Source of the DNA: Deltaproteobacteria bacterium
GTDB lineage: Bacteria; Myxococcota; Kuafuiibacteriia; Kuafuiibacteriales; Kuafuiibacteriaceae
Assembly (NCBI GenBank): GCA_040218735.1
Contig: JAVJQW010000061.1
Span: 160,001 to 224,000, forward strand
DNA: 64,000 nt
Reading direction: 5' to 3'
Below, in pieces: positions 18,625-29,410 of the stretch. The position numbers were made by a program, and so were the translations under genes. Under the pieces are notes generated by a model. The model was given only the letters and a program-made list of their open reading frames with translations. It had not been told where the DNA came from and did no database searches. Numbering within the stretch: the first letter of the stretch is position 1; each line of letters begins with the position of its first letter.

Positions 18625-20451
18625 TCAGGCCCTGACGCCCTCCCGAACCGGAATCCGCGCGAGCGTAGCCTCCAACTCCGCCAGCCGAAGGGGCTTGGTG
18701 AGGTACGCGTCCATCCCCGCGTCGAGGCAGCGCTCGCGATCCCCCACCATCGCGTTGGCGGTGAGCGCGATGATGTGAACGGAGCGGCGCGGCCCGTCCA
18801 GCGCACGAATCCGGGCGGTCGCTTCGAACCCGTCGAGGACGGGCATCTGGCAGTCCATCAACACCGCCGCGTAGTCGCCGGCCTCCATCGCCCGTACGGC
18901 CTCGAGTCCGTTGACGACCATGTCGACCTCGTAGCCGAGCCGCTCGAGCATCCGCGAGGCCACGAGACGGTTGACCGCGTTGTCCTCCGCGAGCAGGAGG
19001 CGACCGCGTTGACCGGCGGGGGCCGCGCTGGCGTCCGGTGCCGCGGAGCGGACCGCGGGTGCTTCCGCGACGTCGAGGCGCGCGGTGAACCAGAACGTCG
19101 TGCCGACCCCCAGCTCGGACTCGACGCCGATCTCGCCGCCCATCCCTTCGACGAGGCGTTTGCAGATGGCGAGCCCCAACCCGGTGCCGCCGTACTTGCG
19201 GGTCGTCGACTCGTCCGCCTGGCTGAACGGCTTGAAGAGTCGGTCGCGAGCTTCGGGCGCGATCCCGATCCCCGTGTCGGTAACCTCGAAGCGAAGGAGA
19301 GTGGCTTCGCCGGTGGGGTGCGCGCGTCGAACGTTGATCGTGACGCCGCCACGCTCTGTGAACTTCAGGGCGTTGGAGCAGAGGTTCGTGAGGATCTGTT
19401 CCAGTCGCGTCGAGTCACCCGCCACGTGCGAGGGGACGTCGGCGTCGACGTGGGTCTCGACGGTGAGGCCTCGGTCTTCCGCCAGGTGCCGGAACAGGCC
19501 GACCGCGCGCTGGACGGTGTTGGGGACCGAGAGGGTGCGCACTTCGAATTCGATCTTCCCGGCTTCGATCTTCGAGAAGTCGAGGATGTCGTTGATCAGG
19601 GCGAGGAGCACTTCGCCGGAGGAACGAATCGTGTCGACCTGTTGCCGCTGATTCGCGTCGAGGTCCGTGTCGCCGAGCAGCTCGACCATCCCGATCACGC
19701 CGTTCATAGGCGTGCGAATCTCGTGGCTCATGTTGGCGAGGAAGATGCTCTTCGCCGCGTTGGCCGCGTCGGCGTGGCGCCGGGCCGCTTCGAGCTCCGC
19801 CGTGCGCTTGCGGACCTGCCGCTCGACGTCGGTGTGCGCGAGCTCGAGGCGAGCCTCGCGATCCGCAGCGGCACGCATCTCGCGGACGGACTGCACGCAC
19901 GAGTAGACGAGGAAGATGTCTTCGAAGACGACCCAAGCGGCGTGCTCCAACCATCGCCACTCACTCGCGGTGAGGACGCCGAACACCGACGCCGGGAAGT
20001 AGATCCCGCGCAGGCAGTGGTCGACCGCGACGACGACGGACGCCGTCACGAGCACGCGCCAGTCTCGATAGAACGCGAGGAACGCGAGCGACCCGAAGAT
20101 GTGGAAGTGAACCTCGATCCGCCCGCCCGACAGGTGAATGAGGAGCGCCGAACACAGGGCCTGAGCGAACGCGACGACGTGCGGCGTCGACGGGTCCGTG
20201 CCGCGGTAGCGAATCGCGTAGAGCGGCGCGGCGGCGATCGCAGCGCCTCCGACGACAGCGAGGAGCAGGTGGGGGTGGACGCCGGGGACCGGGCCCGACC
20301 ACGTCCGGGGTGAGACGGTCACCGCGGCGATGACGCCGGCCACCCACTGCAACACGAAGAGGAGCGCGAAGACACGGTTCGTGCGTCGGACGATTTCGGC
20401 CCGATTCGCTTCGAAGACGGCCTCGGACCGGGCGACGAGCTCCTGCGTCAC
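18625..20451 (-). CDS. Membrane hybrid sensor histidine kinase/response regulator (RedC-like sensor domain)
   Basis: [16 protein letters not shown]-box [21 protein letters not shown], receiver LLAEDN..MDCQMP..KP; GTG 20451 overlaps upstream stop. Confidence 0.9.
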   Translation of the reverse strand: MTQELVARSEAVFEANRAEIVRRTNRVFALLFVLQWVAGVIAAVTVSPRTWSGPVPGVHPHLLLAVVGGAAIAAAPLYAIRYRGTDPSTPHVVAFAQALCSALLIHLSGGRIEVHFHIFGSLAFLAFYRDWRVLVTASVVVAVDHCLRGIYFPASVFGVLTASEWRWLEHAAWVVFEDIFLVYSCVQSVREMRAAADREARLELAHTDVERQVRKRTAELEAARRHADAANAAKSIFLANMSHEIRTPMNGVIGMVELLGDTDLDANQRQQVDTIRSSGEVLLALINDILDFSKIEAGKIEFEVRTLSVPNTVQRAVGLFRHLAEDRGLTVETHVDADVPSHVAGDSTRLEQILTNLCSNALKFTERGGVTINVRRAHPTGEATLLRFEVTDTGIGIAPEARDRLFKPFSQADESTTRKYGGTGLGLAICKRLVEGMGGEIGVESELGVGTTFWFTARLDVAEAPAVRSAAPDASAAPAGQRGRLLLAEDNAVNRLVASRMLERLGYEVDMVVNGLEAVRAMEAGDYAAVLMDCQMPVLDGFEATARIRALDGPRRSVHIIALTANAMVGDRERCLDAGMDAYLTKPLRLAELEATLARIPVREGVRA

Positions 20452-21026
20452 TTCGCGCTCCTCAGGAGGCACCCGAAGATGGGTGTGCGGGCATCGGCTC
20501 CGTCGTGCCCACGCATCAGCGCGACGACGGCGTCGGCGCCGTGGTTCGGTCCCTCGTGGGCGCGGGCTGCGGTCAAGCCGCCGTGAAAGCGCAGTGTGCC
20601 ACGTGCGTCGTAGACGAACGCGGCGCCGGACGCCTCGGCGGAGAACACGTCGGCGAGGACGCCCCCCACGTCGTGGACCAGCTCGACCCGCGGCGACGCG
20701 GCGAGCTTCTCGGCCATCGCGACGAGCTCGCCGCCGGCTCCGTCGACGGGGGCGACCACGAACCGCGTGGGGAACGCGTCGCCCACGCGCGCGTACGCGC
20801 GCTCCAGCTCGCGCAGGGTGGCGCGCGAGCAGGCGCAGCCGGGGTGGAGGAAGAGCACGAGGGTCGGATCGTCCGCGTCGAGCGCGAGGGGGACGTCGGG
20901 CCACGACGCGGGGGCCTCGGCGTCGGCGACCGGGGTCGACGCGTACAGCCCGGCCCACGCCACCCCGGCGGCGCCGACGCCGAGGAGACCGTAGACGACC
21001 AAGCCGTGGGTGAGGTTCTTCGCCAC
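20448..21026 (-). CDS. RedB-like exported thioredoxin-fold protein
   Basis: [34 protein letters not shown]; directly upstream of the kinase, as in the M. xanthus redBC arrangement. Confidence 0.7.
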   Translation of the reverse strand: MAKNLTHGLVVYGLLGVGAAGVAWAGLYASTPVADAEAPASWPDVPLALDADDPTLVLFLHPGCACSRATLRELERAYARVGDAFPTRFVVAPVDGAGGELVAMAEKLAASPRVELVHDVGGVLADVFSAEASGAAFVYDARGTLRFHGGLTAARAHEGPNHGADAVVALMRGHDGADARTPIFGCLLRSAK

Positions 21027-21187
21027 CTAGGTGGTCCCATCGACGGAAAGGAGGGTGGGTGTAGCGCCGCGCCTCGAATCAAGACGTGAGGAGCGCCCGC
21101 CACACCCGGACCCGTGGGTCGAGGATCAATCCCCTCGACTCGCGGTCGGAAGCGCCGTGACGCGACGGCATCGGGCGACCTAGGCGC

Positions 21188-21203
21188 TGGCACGAACGTC
21201 GCA
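21188..21203 (+). promoter_or_regulatory. Sigma54-type -24/-12 promoter
   Basis: TGGCACG-AACG-TCGCA (GG-N10-GC) 13 bp before ATG 21217. Confidence 0.6.
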
Positions 21204-21216
21204 GTCCCTTCGGGAC

Positions 21217-24200
21217 ATGCGCGCCACCCCTTGGATCACCGCCGCCCTCGCCCTGAGCTGCTCAGCGTGTCTCGAAAAGTGTGCCCCCGGTCAGGTGGGC
21301 AACGGTGTGGCGCGGCTGACGATGCGGAACGTGGGCGCCGTCGTGCAGCTGATCAACGACGACACGACGTGTGGGTTCGAGGCGGCCGACGTGAAGCCCA
21401 ACTTCACGGTCGACGCGGAGCCCGGCAAGCAGGGTTGCGCGACGTGGAAGATCGCAGCGTGTGACCTCGACCTCGGGACGGCGGGCGACGTCAGCTACAG
21501 CTGCAACCAGACGGCGACGCTGATGACCGGGCGCGTGGTCGTCGACGCGACGCGGACGATCTGCGGCACCGTCACCGGCGACGTCGAGCAGCCGGTTGTC
21601 CCGCTCGGGCCGGACGCCGTGACCGTCGCGCTCGACAAGGTGCAGTTCGACGAGTTCGCGGTGGAGGACTCCGCCGGCGAGAACAAACTCACCTGGAAGC
21701 TCGGATCGATCTCCGCGATCGCGAAACCCCGCCTCGCCGCGAGCGCGTCGCAGGGCATCTGCATGATCCCGACCCCCCACATCGAGATCTCCGAAGTGAA
21801 GTACGACAAGGCGCTCGTCCACGTCGTCGCCGAGGGGCGCTCGTTCGAGGTGCCCGTGCCGTCGTCCAACATCTACGCGGTCAACGGCGTGCACGGCGAC
21901 AAGGAGAACTTCCTCTCCGGGCGCATCACGGTGTGGGGCTCCGAAGAAGACGTCGGCAACGACGGCGACGGCCTCGACCCCGAGTACAACGCTTCGGCGT
22001 TCCTCGAGGGCTACGCGTGTGAAGACGACCTCGCGTTGCCGGTCTCCCACGAGTGCGGCGACCTCGGCCCCGTGCTCGCGCAGGGCGCCTCGCGCCTGAC
22101 GATCCGCAACATGGGCGCCATCAACTACATCACCGAGAAGAACACCGACTGCGGCTTCTCCTCCGAGCCCGTGCTGTCGGCGATCCAGATCGTCGAGGGC
22201 TCGGTCGGTGAGCTCGGCGTCGCGAAGTTCCGCGTCGACAACTGCGCGATCGAGTTCCCGCCGGGGACGGTGCTGAAGTCGAGCTGCTCCGGCGACTCGA
22301 CGGTGGTCGGCGGCAAGATCGTCGTCACCGCGGAGAAGACGATGCACGGGCGCCTGACCGGCAACCTCGAGCAGCCGGTCGTGCCGATGGACGACCACCC
22401 CGTCGACTTCTCGTTCGAGCGCATCGAGTTTCACGACTTCGTCGTGGAGGAGGCCGGCACCGGCCTGACGCAGAAGTCCGGCGCGATGTCCGCGAAGGTT
22501 CGGCCGCGCACCGCGATGGACACCGCGCTCACCGCGTGCGGGTTCGAGACGCCGATCGCGCGCATGTCGGAGGTGCGCTACCTCGAGGCCACGCCGGTGA
22601 TCGTGAAGTCGGAGCAGGGCCGCTTCGAGGCCACGATCGAGAGCTCCGACATCCTCGCGGTGAACGGGAAGTGGGAGTCCGACGAGAACGTCCTCGACGG
22701 CACGATCGCGCTCGACGGCGAGATGTACTCGCTCCCGACGAGCCCCTCCGACGACGGCCTCGACCCAGACTACGACCCCGCGACGTTCAACTCGAAGTGG
22801 ATGTGCGGGACGGTCGACATGCAGTACCCGTTCGAGTGCCACTTCGTCCGGCCGCTCGCGCAGGGTGCGTCGCAGCTCACGGCGATGACGCTCGGGCAGA
22901 TCACCAACCTCATGGAGTCCGACACGACGTGTGGTTTCTCGAGCGACGCGGTGATGCTGAACCCCGAGATCACCGGGACGCTCGGCGACCCGGGCGGGAT
23001 GGCGGTCCTCACGATCGCGGAACCTTGTGAGCTCACGCTGCCGGCGGCGTACGTCGCCGACGAGGACTGCAACGGCAAGAAGACGCTCGTGGAGGGCACG
23101 ATTCGTGTGACCGGAACGAAGACGATCCGCGGCTACGTCTCCGGCGATCCCGTCGAGCCGATCGTCCCCACTTCGCGCGACCCGGCGGAGATCTCACTCG
23201 ACATCGAGTTCTCGGACTTCCGCGTGTGGACGGAGCCCGGCGACAACGCGCTGCTGGTGTACGGCGGTCGCTTGAGTGGAACGTTGCGACCGCGCCTCGC
23301 GATCGACACGGTCACCGGCGCCTGCTCGATCCCCACGCCGGTGGTGAAGTTCGAGAACATGGCGTGGTCGAACGCCCAGATGCAGATCACCTCCGAGGGG
23401 CGGCGCTTCGACATCGGCGTGTCGACCTCGCGCATCGACGCGGTCAACGGAACGCGCGACGACGTGGAGAACTGGATCGACGGGCAGATCGTCGTCGACG
23501 GCGAGACGATCGACATCCCGATCCGCGCCGGCGAGGGCCTCGACCCCGCATTCGACGCGGCGCAGTTCCTCGCGTCGTACACGTGTGAGCCAAACCTGCA
23601 GCTCCCCGACAAGGAGTCCGACTGCAACATGATGAAGCCGCTCGGCGAGGGCGCCGCGCGTTTGCTCATCTCCGCGCTCGGCTCCGCGACGGGCATCGTG
23701 AACAGCGACAGCGACTGCGGCTACAGCAAACTCGGCGTGATGATGGACCCCGACCGCGTCGAAGGTAACCCGGGCCAGATGGGCCTCATGGAGTGGGAGC
23801 TCACAGACTGCGCGCCCGGCGACATGGACGAGGAGGAGGACTGCCTCGGTTACGTCAGCCAGCCGGGCGGACGCTTCGTGCACACCGGGCGACGCACCGT
23901 GCGCGGGATCCGCGAGGAGATCAGCATCCTGTTCTTCGACTTCGACTCGATCGTGCCCAACTCTCACAGCTCGGTCGTCGTGGAGCACGACGCGCTGGTG
24001 TTCGACGGCTTCGAGGCCTACGACATCAACCCCGGCGACGACGCACCCAACCGCGGCATCACGATCCACTCCGGCACGATGTCCGCGATCGTGGAGCCTA
24101 TCACCGGGCGCAACGGAGACAACGGCTACGACGTCCCCACGCGCATCGCGCGCATGTCGAACGTGGTGATGGGCCCGGCGCCGATCACGATCCTCTACGA

Positions 24201-24429
24201 GGGCAAGACGTTCAACGTGCAGATCGACGGCGCCAACCTGCGCGCCTTCAACGGCTCGTGGGTCGGCGCACCGGGCGAGACGAACACGATCGCCGGGGAG
24301 ATCTCGATCAACGGCAACGCGCTCGTCCTCCCCGAGCAGGGCCTCGACCCCGACTTCGACCAGGCCCACTTCGACGAGCGCTACGCGTGCACGGATGACC
24401 TCCAAGAGACCATCCCGCCGGCCCCCTGA
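21217..24429 (+). CDS. Exported Cys-containing protein made of four ~260-aa tandem domains
   Basis: Signal peptide/lipobox; repeats start at 21304, 22084, 22864, 23650 (G..RL...CG[FY] ... GLDP.[FY]...C). Confidence 0.8.
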   Translation: MRATPWITAALALSCSACLEKCAPGQVGNGVARLTMRNVGAVVQLINDDTTCGFEAADVKPNFTVDAEPGKQGCATWKIAACDLDLGTAGDVSYSCNQTATLMTGRVVVDATRTICGTVTGDVEQPVVPLGPDAVTVALDKVQFDEFAVEDSAGENKLTWKLGSISAIAKPRLAASASQGICMIPTPHIEISEVKYDKALVHVVAEGRSFEVPVPSSNIYAVNGVHGDKENFLSGRITVWGSEEDVGNDGDGLDPEYNASAFLEGYACEDDLALPVSHECGDLGPVLAQGASRLTIRNMGAINYITEKNTDCGFSSEPVLSAIQIVEGSVGELGVAKFRVDNCAIEFPPGTVLKSSCSGDSTVVGGKIVVTAEKTMHGRLTGNLEQPVVPMDDHPVDFSFERIEFHDFVVEEAGTGLTQKSGAMSAKVRPRTAMDTALTACGFETPIARMSEVRYLEATPVIVKSEQGRFEATIESSDILAVNGKWESDENVLDGTIALDGEMYSLPTSPSDDGLDPDYDPATFNSKWMCGTVDMQYPFECHFVRPLAQGASQLTAMTLGQITNLMESDTTCGFSSDAVMLNPEITGTLGDPGGMAVLTIAEPCELTLPAAYVADEDCNGKKTLVEGTIRVTGTKTIRGYVSGDPVEPIVPTSRDPAEISLDIEFSDFRVWTEPGDNALLVYGGRLSGTLRPRLAIDTVTGACSIPTPVVKFENMAWSNAQMQITSEGRRFDIGVSTSRIDAVNGTRDDVENWIDGQIVVDGETIDIPIRAGEGLDPAFDAAQFLASYTCEPNLQLPDKESDCNMMKPLGEGAARLLISALGSATGIVNSDSDCGYSKLGVMMDPDRVEGNPGQMGLMEWELTDCAPGDMDEEEDCLGYVSQPGGRFVHTGRRTVRGIREEISILFFDFDSIVPNSHSSVVVEHDALVFDGFEAYDINPGDDAPNRGITIHSGTMSAIVEPITGRNGDNGYDVPTRIARMSNVVMGPAPITILYEGKTFNVQIDGANLRAFNGSWVGAPGETNTIAGEISINGNALVLPEQGLDPDFDQAHFDERYACTDDLQETIPPAP

Positions 24430-24495
24430 GCGCCCCAACCCGAGAACGACGAGACGCCCTCGCGGCGGAACACCGCGCCCCGCTAAGCTGAAGCG

Positions 24496-25188
24496 GTGCG
24501 CCGCGCCGTGCTGTTCGTGTTCCTCCTCGCCGGCTGCGATCTGTCCGCCGGGCCCAACGACGGCGACGCCTGCACCAACGACGGCGACTGCGACAGCGAG
24601 CTCTGCCACGCGGGGACGTGCGGCGGGAGCCTGTGCCTCTGCCGCGTCGACAGCCTGATCTCCGGGTGCGTCGAGACCGAGCCGCGCACCGACCCCGACG
24701 ACTGCGTCGACGGCTGGCACTGCGACCCGGGCGGCTCCGCAGGCCGATGCAAGCTACCTTGCGGCGACTGCCCGAAGCTGTGGGTGTGCGACGAAGACGA
24801 GGGCTACTGCAAGTACGACCTCGGCGCGCTCCCTCCGCCGACCGTCACCATCTCCCCGACCGACATCGAGGAGCTGGTCCCCGACGAAGCCGTCACGCTC
24901 CGCGCCGTCGCGAGCAGCGACAACGGCGCGATCGTCCGCACCGAGTGGGACCTCGGTGACGGGACCAGCGCGAGCGGGGACACCGTGACCCACGCCTACG
25001 CCAGCCCGGGCTCGAAGGAGGTCGTGTTGCTCGTGGAGGACGCGGCCGGCCGCACCGCCTCCGAACGCAGACGCATCGAAGTGTGCAGAGGCCCCGGCGC
25101 CGCATGCCAGCGGGTGGGCTGGGGCGACCTGTGTTGTGCCGGCGAACGCTGCGTCGACGGGCCTGGCGGCCCCGCCTGCGCCCCCTGA
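24496..25188 (+). CDS. Cys-rich lipoprotein with PKD domain
   Basis: Lipobox LLAGC; WDLGDGT..G.TVTHAY..PG PKD motif. Confidence 0.78.
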   Translation: MRRAVLFVFLLAGCDLSAGPNDGDACTNDGDCDSELCHAGTCGGSLCLCRVDSLISGCVETEPRTDPDDCVDGWHCDPGGSAGRCKLPCGDCPKLWVCDEDEGYCKYDLGALPPPTVTISPTDIEELVPDEAVTLRAVASSDNGAIVRTEWDLGDGTSASGDTVTHAYASPGSKEVVLLVEDAAGRTASERRRIEVCRGPGAACQRVGWGDLCCAGERCVDGPGGPACAP

Positions 25189-25240
25189 GCACCGAAGCGG
25201 ATCGCCGCCAGCGTGAAAAAGTGCTGAACTCCCGGCTTCG

Positions 25241-26458
25241 ATGGACGTCGGGATCGTGGGGTGTGGATTCGCGGGCGGGGCCGCCGCGCTCTTCCTCGCG
25301 CGCGCCGGGCACGACGTCACCGTCTACGAGGCGGTCGAGGAACCCGCTGCGGTCGGCGCGGGGATCGTCGTGCAGCCGACCGGGCTCGTCGTCCTGGATC
25401 GGCTCGGCCTGTACGACGCCGCCATCGAGCGCGGCGCGCCGATCGATCACCTGCTCTGCATGAAGGGCCGCACCGACGTGCTGCTCGACCTGCACTACAA
25501 AGACGTCGCCCCCGGCTTGTTCGGGCTCGGCATGCACCGCGGCTCGCTCTTCGAGATCCTCTACGGCGCGATTCGACGCGAAGGGATCGACGTCAAGACA
25601 GGTTGCACCATCGAGACCGCGCGTCGCGAAGGTGACAAAACCGTGCTCGTCGCCGACGGCGCCGACGTCGCCGCACACGACCTCGTCGTCGCCGCCAACG
25701 GCGCACGCTCCAACCTCCACCACCTCATCGGCCCGCGCGTCCGCGAGTACCCGTGGGGCGCGCTGTGGTTCGTCGCGGACGATCCGAACGAGACCTACGG
25801 CCGCACGCTCTTCCAAGTGGTCCGCGGCACGCGCCAGCTCCTCGGCTTCCTCCCCAGCGGCCTCTCACCCGGCGGCGGCGGACACGTCGTGAGTGTGTTC
25901 TGGAGTGTGCCGTGCGACGGCGTCGACGCGTGGCGCTCCGGCTACGAAGGCTGGCGCGAGCACCTGCTGTCCGAGGACCCGCGCTGCGCGTTCATCCTCG
26001 ACCAGATCCACGGCCCCGACGACCTCCTCTTCTCGCGTTACCACGACGTCGTCATGTTCCCGTGGCACACCGAGGGCGTCGTGTTCATCGGCGACGCCGC
26101 CCACGCCACGAGCCCGCAGCTCGGCCAGGGCACGAACCTCGCCCTCGTCGACGCCCTCACCCTCGCCGTGATCCTCGCCGAGGAGGGCACCCTCGAAGCG
26201 CGCCTGTGGCGCTACGCCAAACGCCGCCGCGCGCACCTCGCCTACTACCAGCTCGCGTCGCGCTGGCTCACGCCGTTGTTCCAGTCGAGCTACGACTGGA
26301 TCGCCCCCCTGCGCGACTTCGCGATGCCCCTCGCCGCCAAGCTCCCCCCGATCCGCGACGCCATGACCCGCTCGATGGTCGGCGTGAAACGCGGGGTGCT
26401 TCGACCTTCGCTCCCGATCGCTCCGTACGTACAACTGCTCGCCGGCGCCGAGGGGTGA
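25241..26458 (+). CDS. FAD-dependent monooxygenase/oxidoreductase
   Basis: GCGFAG, ANGARS, FIGDAAHATSPQLGQGTNLALVDA. Confidence 0.88.
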   Translation: MDVGIVGCGFAGGAAALFLARAGHDVTVYEAVEEPAAVGAGIVVQPTGLVVLDRLGLYDAAIERGAPIDHLLCMKGRTDVLLDLHYKDVAPGLFGLGMHRGSLFEILYGAIRREGIDVKTGCTIETARREGDKTVLVADGADVAAHDLVVAANGARSNLHHLIGPRVREYPWGALWFVADDPNETYGRTLFQVVRGTRQLLGFLPSGLSPGGGGHVVSVFWSVPCDGVDAWRSGYEGWREHLLSEDPRCAFILDQIHGPDDLLFSRYHDVVMFPWHTEGVVFIGDAAHATSPQLGQGTNLALVDALTLAVILAEEGTLEARLWRYAKRRRAHLAYYQLASRWLTPLFQSSYDWIAPLRDFAMPLAAKLPPIRDAMTRSMVGVKRGVLRPSLPIAPYVQLLAGAEG

Positions 26459-26532
26459 AGCGGTCCGCACTTCCTCCCGGTCGTCCGTGACGCGCCCCGC
26501 CAACGCGCGCCGTCCCGTGTTGTGTAGCGCCG

Positions 26533-28326
26533 GTGAATGCGACTAGCGTCGGCGTCGTGAACGTCGCGCTCCCGATGATCTTCGCGCTCGTCGCGCTGGT
26601 GCTCGGCTACGTGCTGTACGGTCGCCGCGTCGCCCGTTGGCTCGGGGTCGACCCGAGCCGAACGACGCCGGCCGTCGAGAAGAACGACGGCGTCGACTTC
26701 GTCCCCGCCCGGCCGTTTGTCTTGTTCGGTCACCACTACGCGTCGATCGCGGCCGCCGGACCGATCGTCGGGCCGACGGTCGCGCTCGCGTACGGCTACG
26801 TGCCGACGTGGAGCTGGATCCTCCTCGGCGTCGTCTTCATCGGCGCGATGCACGACATGACCGCGCTGTTCCTCAGCGTTCGCGCGGGCGGCAAATCGAT
26901 CGCCGAAGTCACGCGCGGCGTGATGGGCACGACCGGCTACGTGCTGTTCCTCGCGTTCGCGGTGATCCTCTGCGTGCTCGTCGGCGCAGCGTTCCTCGAC
27001 CTGGTCGCGGTCGCGCTGACCTCGACGTACCCGCTCACCGCGCTCGGCCTCGAACCCTCGCAGACGCTGCTCGCCACCGTCGACAAGGGCGGCGTCCCGC
27101 ACGGCGTCATAGGCGGCGTCGCGAGCACATCGGTGATCGTAATGACCGCGGCGGCGCCCGGGCTCGGCTGGTTGATCTACCGGCGCGGCGCTTCGCTGAC
27201 CGTCGCGCTGATCGTGTCCGCGGTGATTTGCGTGGCGTCGGTCGTCGTCGGGCTGACGTTGCCGCTCTCGATCGATCCGCAGGTCTGGGTCTGGGTCGTC
27301 GCGGCGTACTGCCTCGTCGCCGGCTTCATCCCGGTGTGGCTGATCATCCAGCCGCGCGACTTCACGAACGTGCAGTTCCTCTACCTCGGCATCATCGCGA
27401 TGGTCGCCGGGGTGATCGCGTGTGGCATCGGCGGGGTCACGATCGACGCGCCCGCGTTTGCGCCCGCGGACTCTGCGGCGACCGCGGCGCTCGGATCGAT
27501 CTGGCCGGTGTTGTTCGTGACCGTGGCGTGCGGTTCGATCTCCGGCGCGCACGCGCTGGTCGCGAGCGGGACGACCGCGAAGCAGGTCGCGGACGAACGG
27601 CACATCCTCCCGATCGGCTACGGCGGGATGCTCGGCGAGGCGCTCCTCGGCGTGTGTGTCACGCTGGTGATCCTCGCGGGGCTCGGGCACGCCGGGTACC
27701 AGGAGATCGTGTGGCCGGTCGACGAACACGGCCACCTCGGCAAGGGCAACGCGGCGCTCGCGTTCGCGGCGGCGATCGGCGGCTCACTCGACAAGGGCTT
27801 CGGCCTGCCGACGGTCTACGGGACGCTGTTCGGGATCCTGCTGCTCGAGGGGTTCCTGGTCACGACGACCGACACCATCGTGCGCCTCACGCGCCACCTG
27901 TTCGAGGAGCTGTGGAACGTGCTCTTCGCGGGCGCGCCTCCGGCGGCGTTGAAGAACCGGGTGCTGAACACCGGCATCCCGTTGGCGATGATCATCCTGC
28001 TCGTGCTCGACGGGGACTGGAAGAGTGTGTGGCCGGTGTTCGGCACGGCGAACCAGCTGCTCGCGGCGCTGACGCTGGTGACCGCGACCGCGTGGCTGAT
28101 GGCGCACAAGCGGCGGTACCTGTTCACCGCGCTCCCGGCGGCGTTCATGGTGATCACGACGGTCGCGTCGCTCGAGCAGTTGATCGGCAAACACTACGGA
28201 AAGCAGGAGTGGCTGCTGCTGTCGGTGGACATCGTGCTCGCGACGCTCGCGGTCGTGGTGGTCGCGCTCGCGGTGCGGCGGATCATCGCGGGCGCGGGGG
28301 CTCGAGAGCCTGTGGAAAGTGCGTAG
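26533..28326 (+). CDS. cstA: Carbon starvation protein A family transporter
   Basis: TPA...DGVDFVP, LFGHHYASIAAAGPIVGP, GAMHD, VACGSISGAHAL, YGGMLGE, WPVFGTANQLLA; start could be 26557. Confidence 0.9.
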   Translation: MNATSVGVVNVALPMIFALVALVLGYVLYGRRVARWLGVDPSRTTPAVEKNDGVDFVPARPFVLFGHHYASIAAAGPIVGPTVALAYGYVPTWSWILLGVVFIGAMHDMTALFLSVRAGGKSIAEVTRGVMGTTGYVLFLAFAVILCVLVGAAFLDLVAVALTSTYPLTALGLEPSQTLLATVDKGGVPHGVIGGVASTSVIVMTAAAPGLGWLIYRRGASLTVALIVSAVICVASVVVGLTLPLSIDPQVWVWVVAAYCLVAGFIPVWLIIQPRDFTNVQFLYLGIIAMVAGVIACGIGGVTIDAPAFAPADSAATAALGSIWPVLFVTVACGSISGAHALVASGTTAKQVADERHILPIGYGGMLGEALLGVCVTLVILAGLGHAGYQEIVWPVDEHGHLGKGNAALAFAAAIGGSLDKGFGLPTVYGTLFGILLLEGFLVTTTDTIVRLTRHLFEELWNVLFAGAPPAALKNRVLNTGIPLAMIILLVLDGDWKSVWPVFGTANQLLAALTLVTATAWLMAHKRRYLFTALPAAFMVITTVASLEQLIGKHYGKQEWLLLSVDIVLATLAVVVVALAVRRIIAGAGAREPVESA

Positions 28327-29317
28327 GCTCCTTCAACTCCTCGGGGTGCTCGCGCTGGTCGCGGGCGCGGCGGCGGTCGGCTACTACGCGCGCCCTCCGG
28401 TGCCCGCGGCGCCGCCGACGTACGACGACGCGTCGGACGCCGTGCACGCGGCGCCGCGCGATCCGGAGGCGTGGATCGCGCTGGGCGACGCGCAGTCGAA
28501 CCTCGACGAGATCGCGGCGGCCGAGCACGCGTACCGGACGGCGCTGCGGTTGGACCCGAACCACGCCGACGCCTACGCGCGGCTGGGCTTCCTGCTGTTC
28601 GGACAGGGCGAGGACGCGGAGGCGCGCCGGCTGCTCGCGGAGGCGAAGCGGCGCGGGGCGGCGGCGCCGATGTTGGACTCGGCGCTGGCGCAGCTGACGG
28701 AGCGGCCAGCGGAGGCGGAGTGGGCACCGCCAGCGGAGGTCGAGGCGGCGCCGACGGCCGGGGGTGAGGCGCTGGATGCGGGGGTGACGCTGGATGCTTC
28801 GACTTACGCGGAGTCGCCGGAGGCGGGATCGGATTCGGGACCGGGACCGGAACCGGGACCGGGACCGGGACCGGGAGAGGAATCGGGACCCGGACCGGAA
28901 CCGGGACCGGGACCGGGGGAGGCGCTCGGACCGTGCGACATCGCGCTCACGCGGCTCCCCAACAGCCGGGCGCTCGGGATCGACGTCACCGTCGGCGGCG
29001 TCGAGTCGCGCCTCCTCTTCGACACTGGCGCCACGATGACCGTGGTGACCACGGAGATCGCGAACCTCATGCGCCTGCAGCGCGACCCGAGCCGCCGCAT
29101 CGTCGCGCGCACGGCGAACGGGCGGGTCGTCATGGAGAGCGGCGTCGTGGACTTCGTGCACCTCGCCGGCCGCGACGTCGCCGGCACCCGCGTCGCGGTC
29201 TGCGAGGACTGCACCCAGGGCGTCGCCGACGGCCTCTTCGGCCTCGACCTCGTCGCCGCCTTCGGCCTCACCGTCGACCCGACGCGCCGCGTCGCGACCT
29301 TCGACGATTGCCGGTAA
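28319..29317 (+). CDS. TPR + retropepsin-like (clan AA) aspartic protease with N-terminal anchor
   Basis: TPR helices (AWIALG..AYRTALRLDP..AYARLG); LLFDTGATMT; TANG; GLFGLD. Confidence 0.85.
   Translation: MRRLLQLLGVLALVAGAAAVGYYARPPVPAAPPTYDDASDAVHAAPRDPEAWIALGDAQSNLDEIAAAEHAYRTALRLDPNHADAYARLGFLLFGQGEDAEARRLLAEAKRRGAAAPMLDSALAQLTERPAEAEWAPPAEVEAAPTAGGEALDAGVTLDASTYAESPEAGSDSGPGPEPGPGPGPGEESGPGPEPGPGPGEALGPCDIALTRLPNSRALGIDVTVGGVESRLLFDTGATMTVVTTEIANLMRLQRDPSRRIVARTANGRVVMESGVVDFVHLAGRDVAGTRVAVCEDCTQGVADGLFGLDLVAAFGLTVDPTRRVATFDDCR
28838..28917 (+). repeat. GGACCG hexamer tandem repeat encoding a Gly-Pro linker
   Basis: About 12 imperfect GGACCG/GAACCG units giving GPGPEPGPGPGP. Confidence 0.85.
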
Positions 29318-29410
29318 CCTCGCGCACCCCGCCGCGTAGTGAACCCCGAGTCCCTCGCGGGAGAGCGATTGTGCCGCCTGCCCGACCGGTTCGACCGCGG
29401 GGTGACTCGT

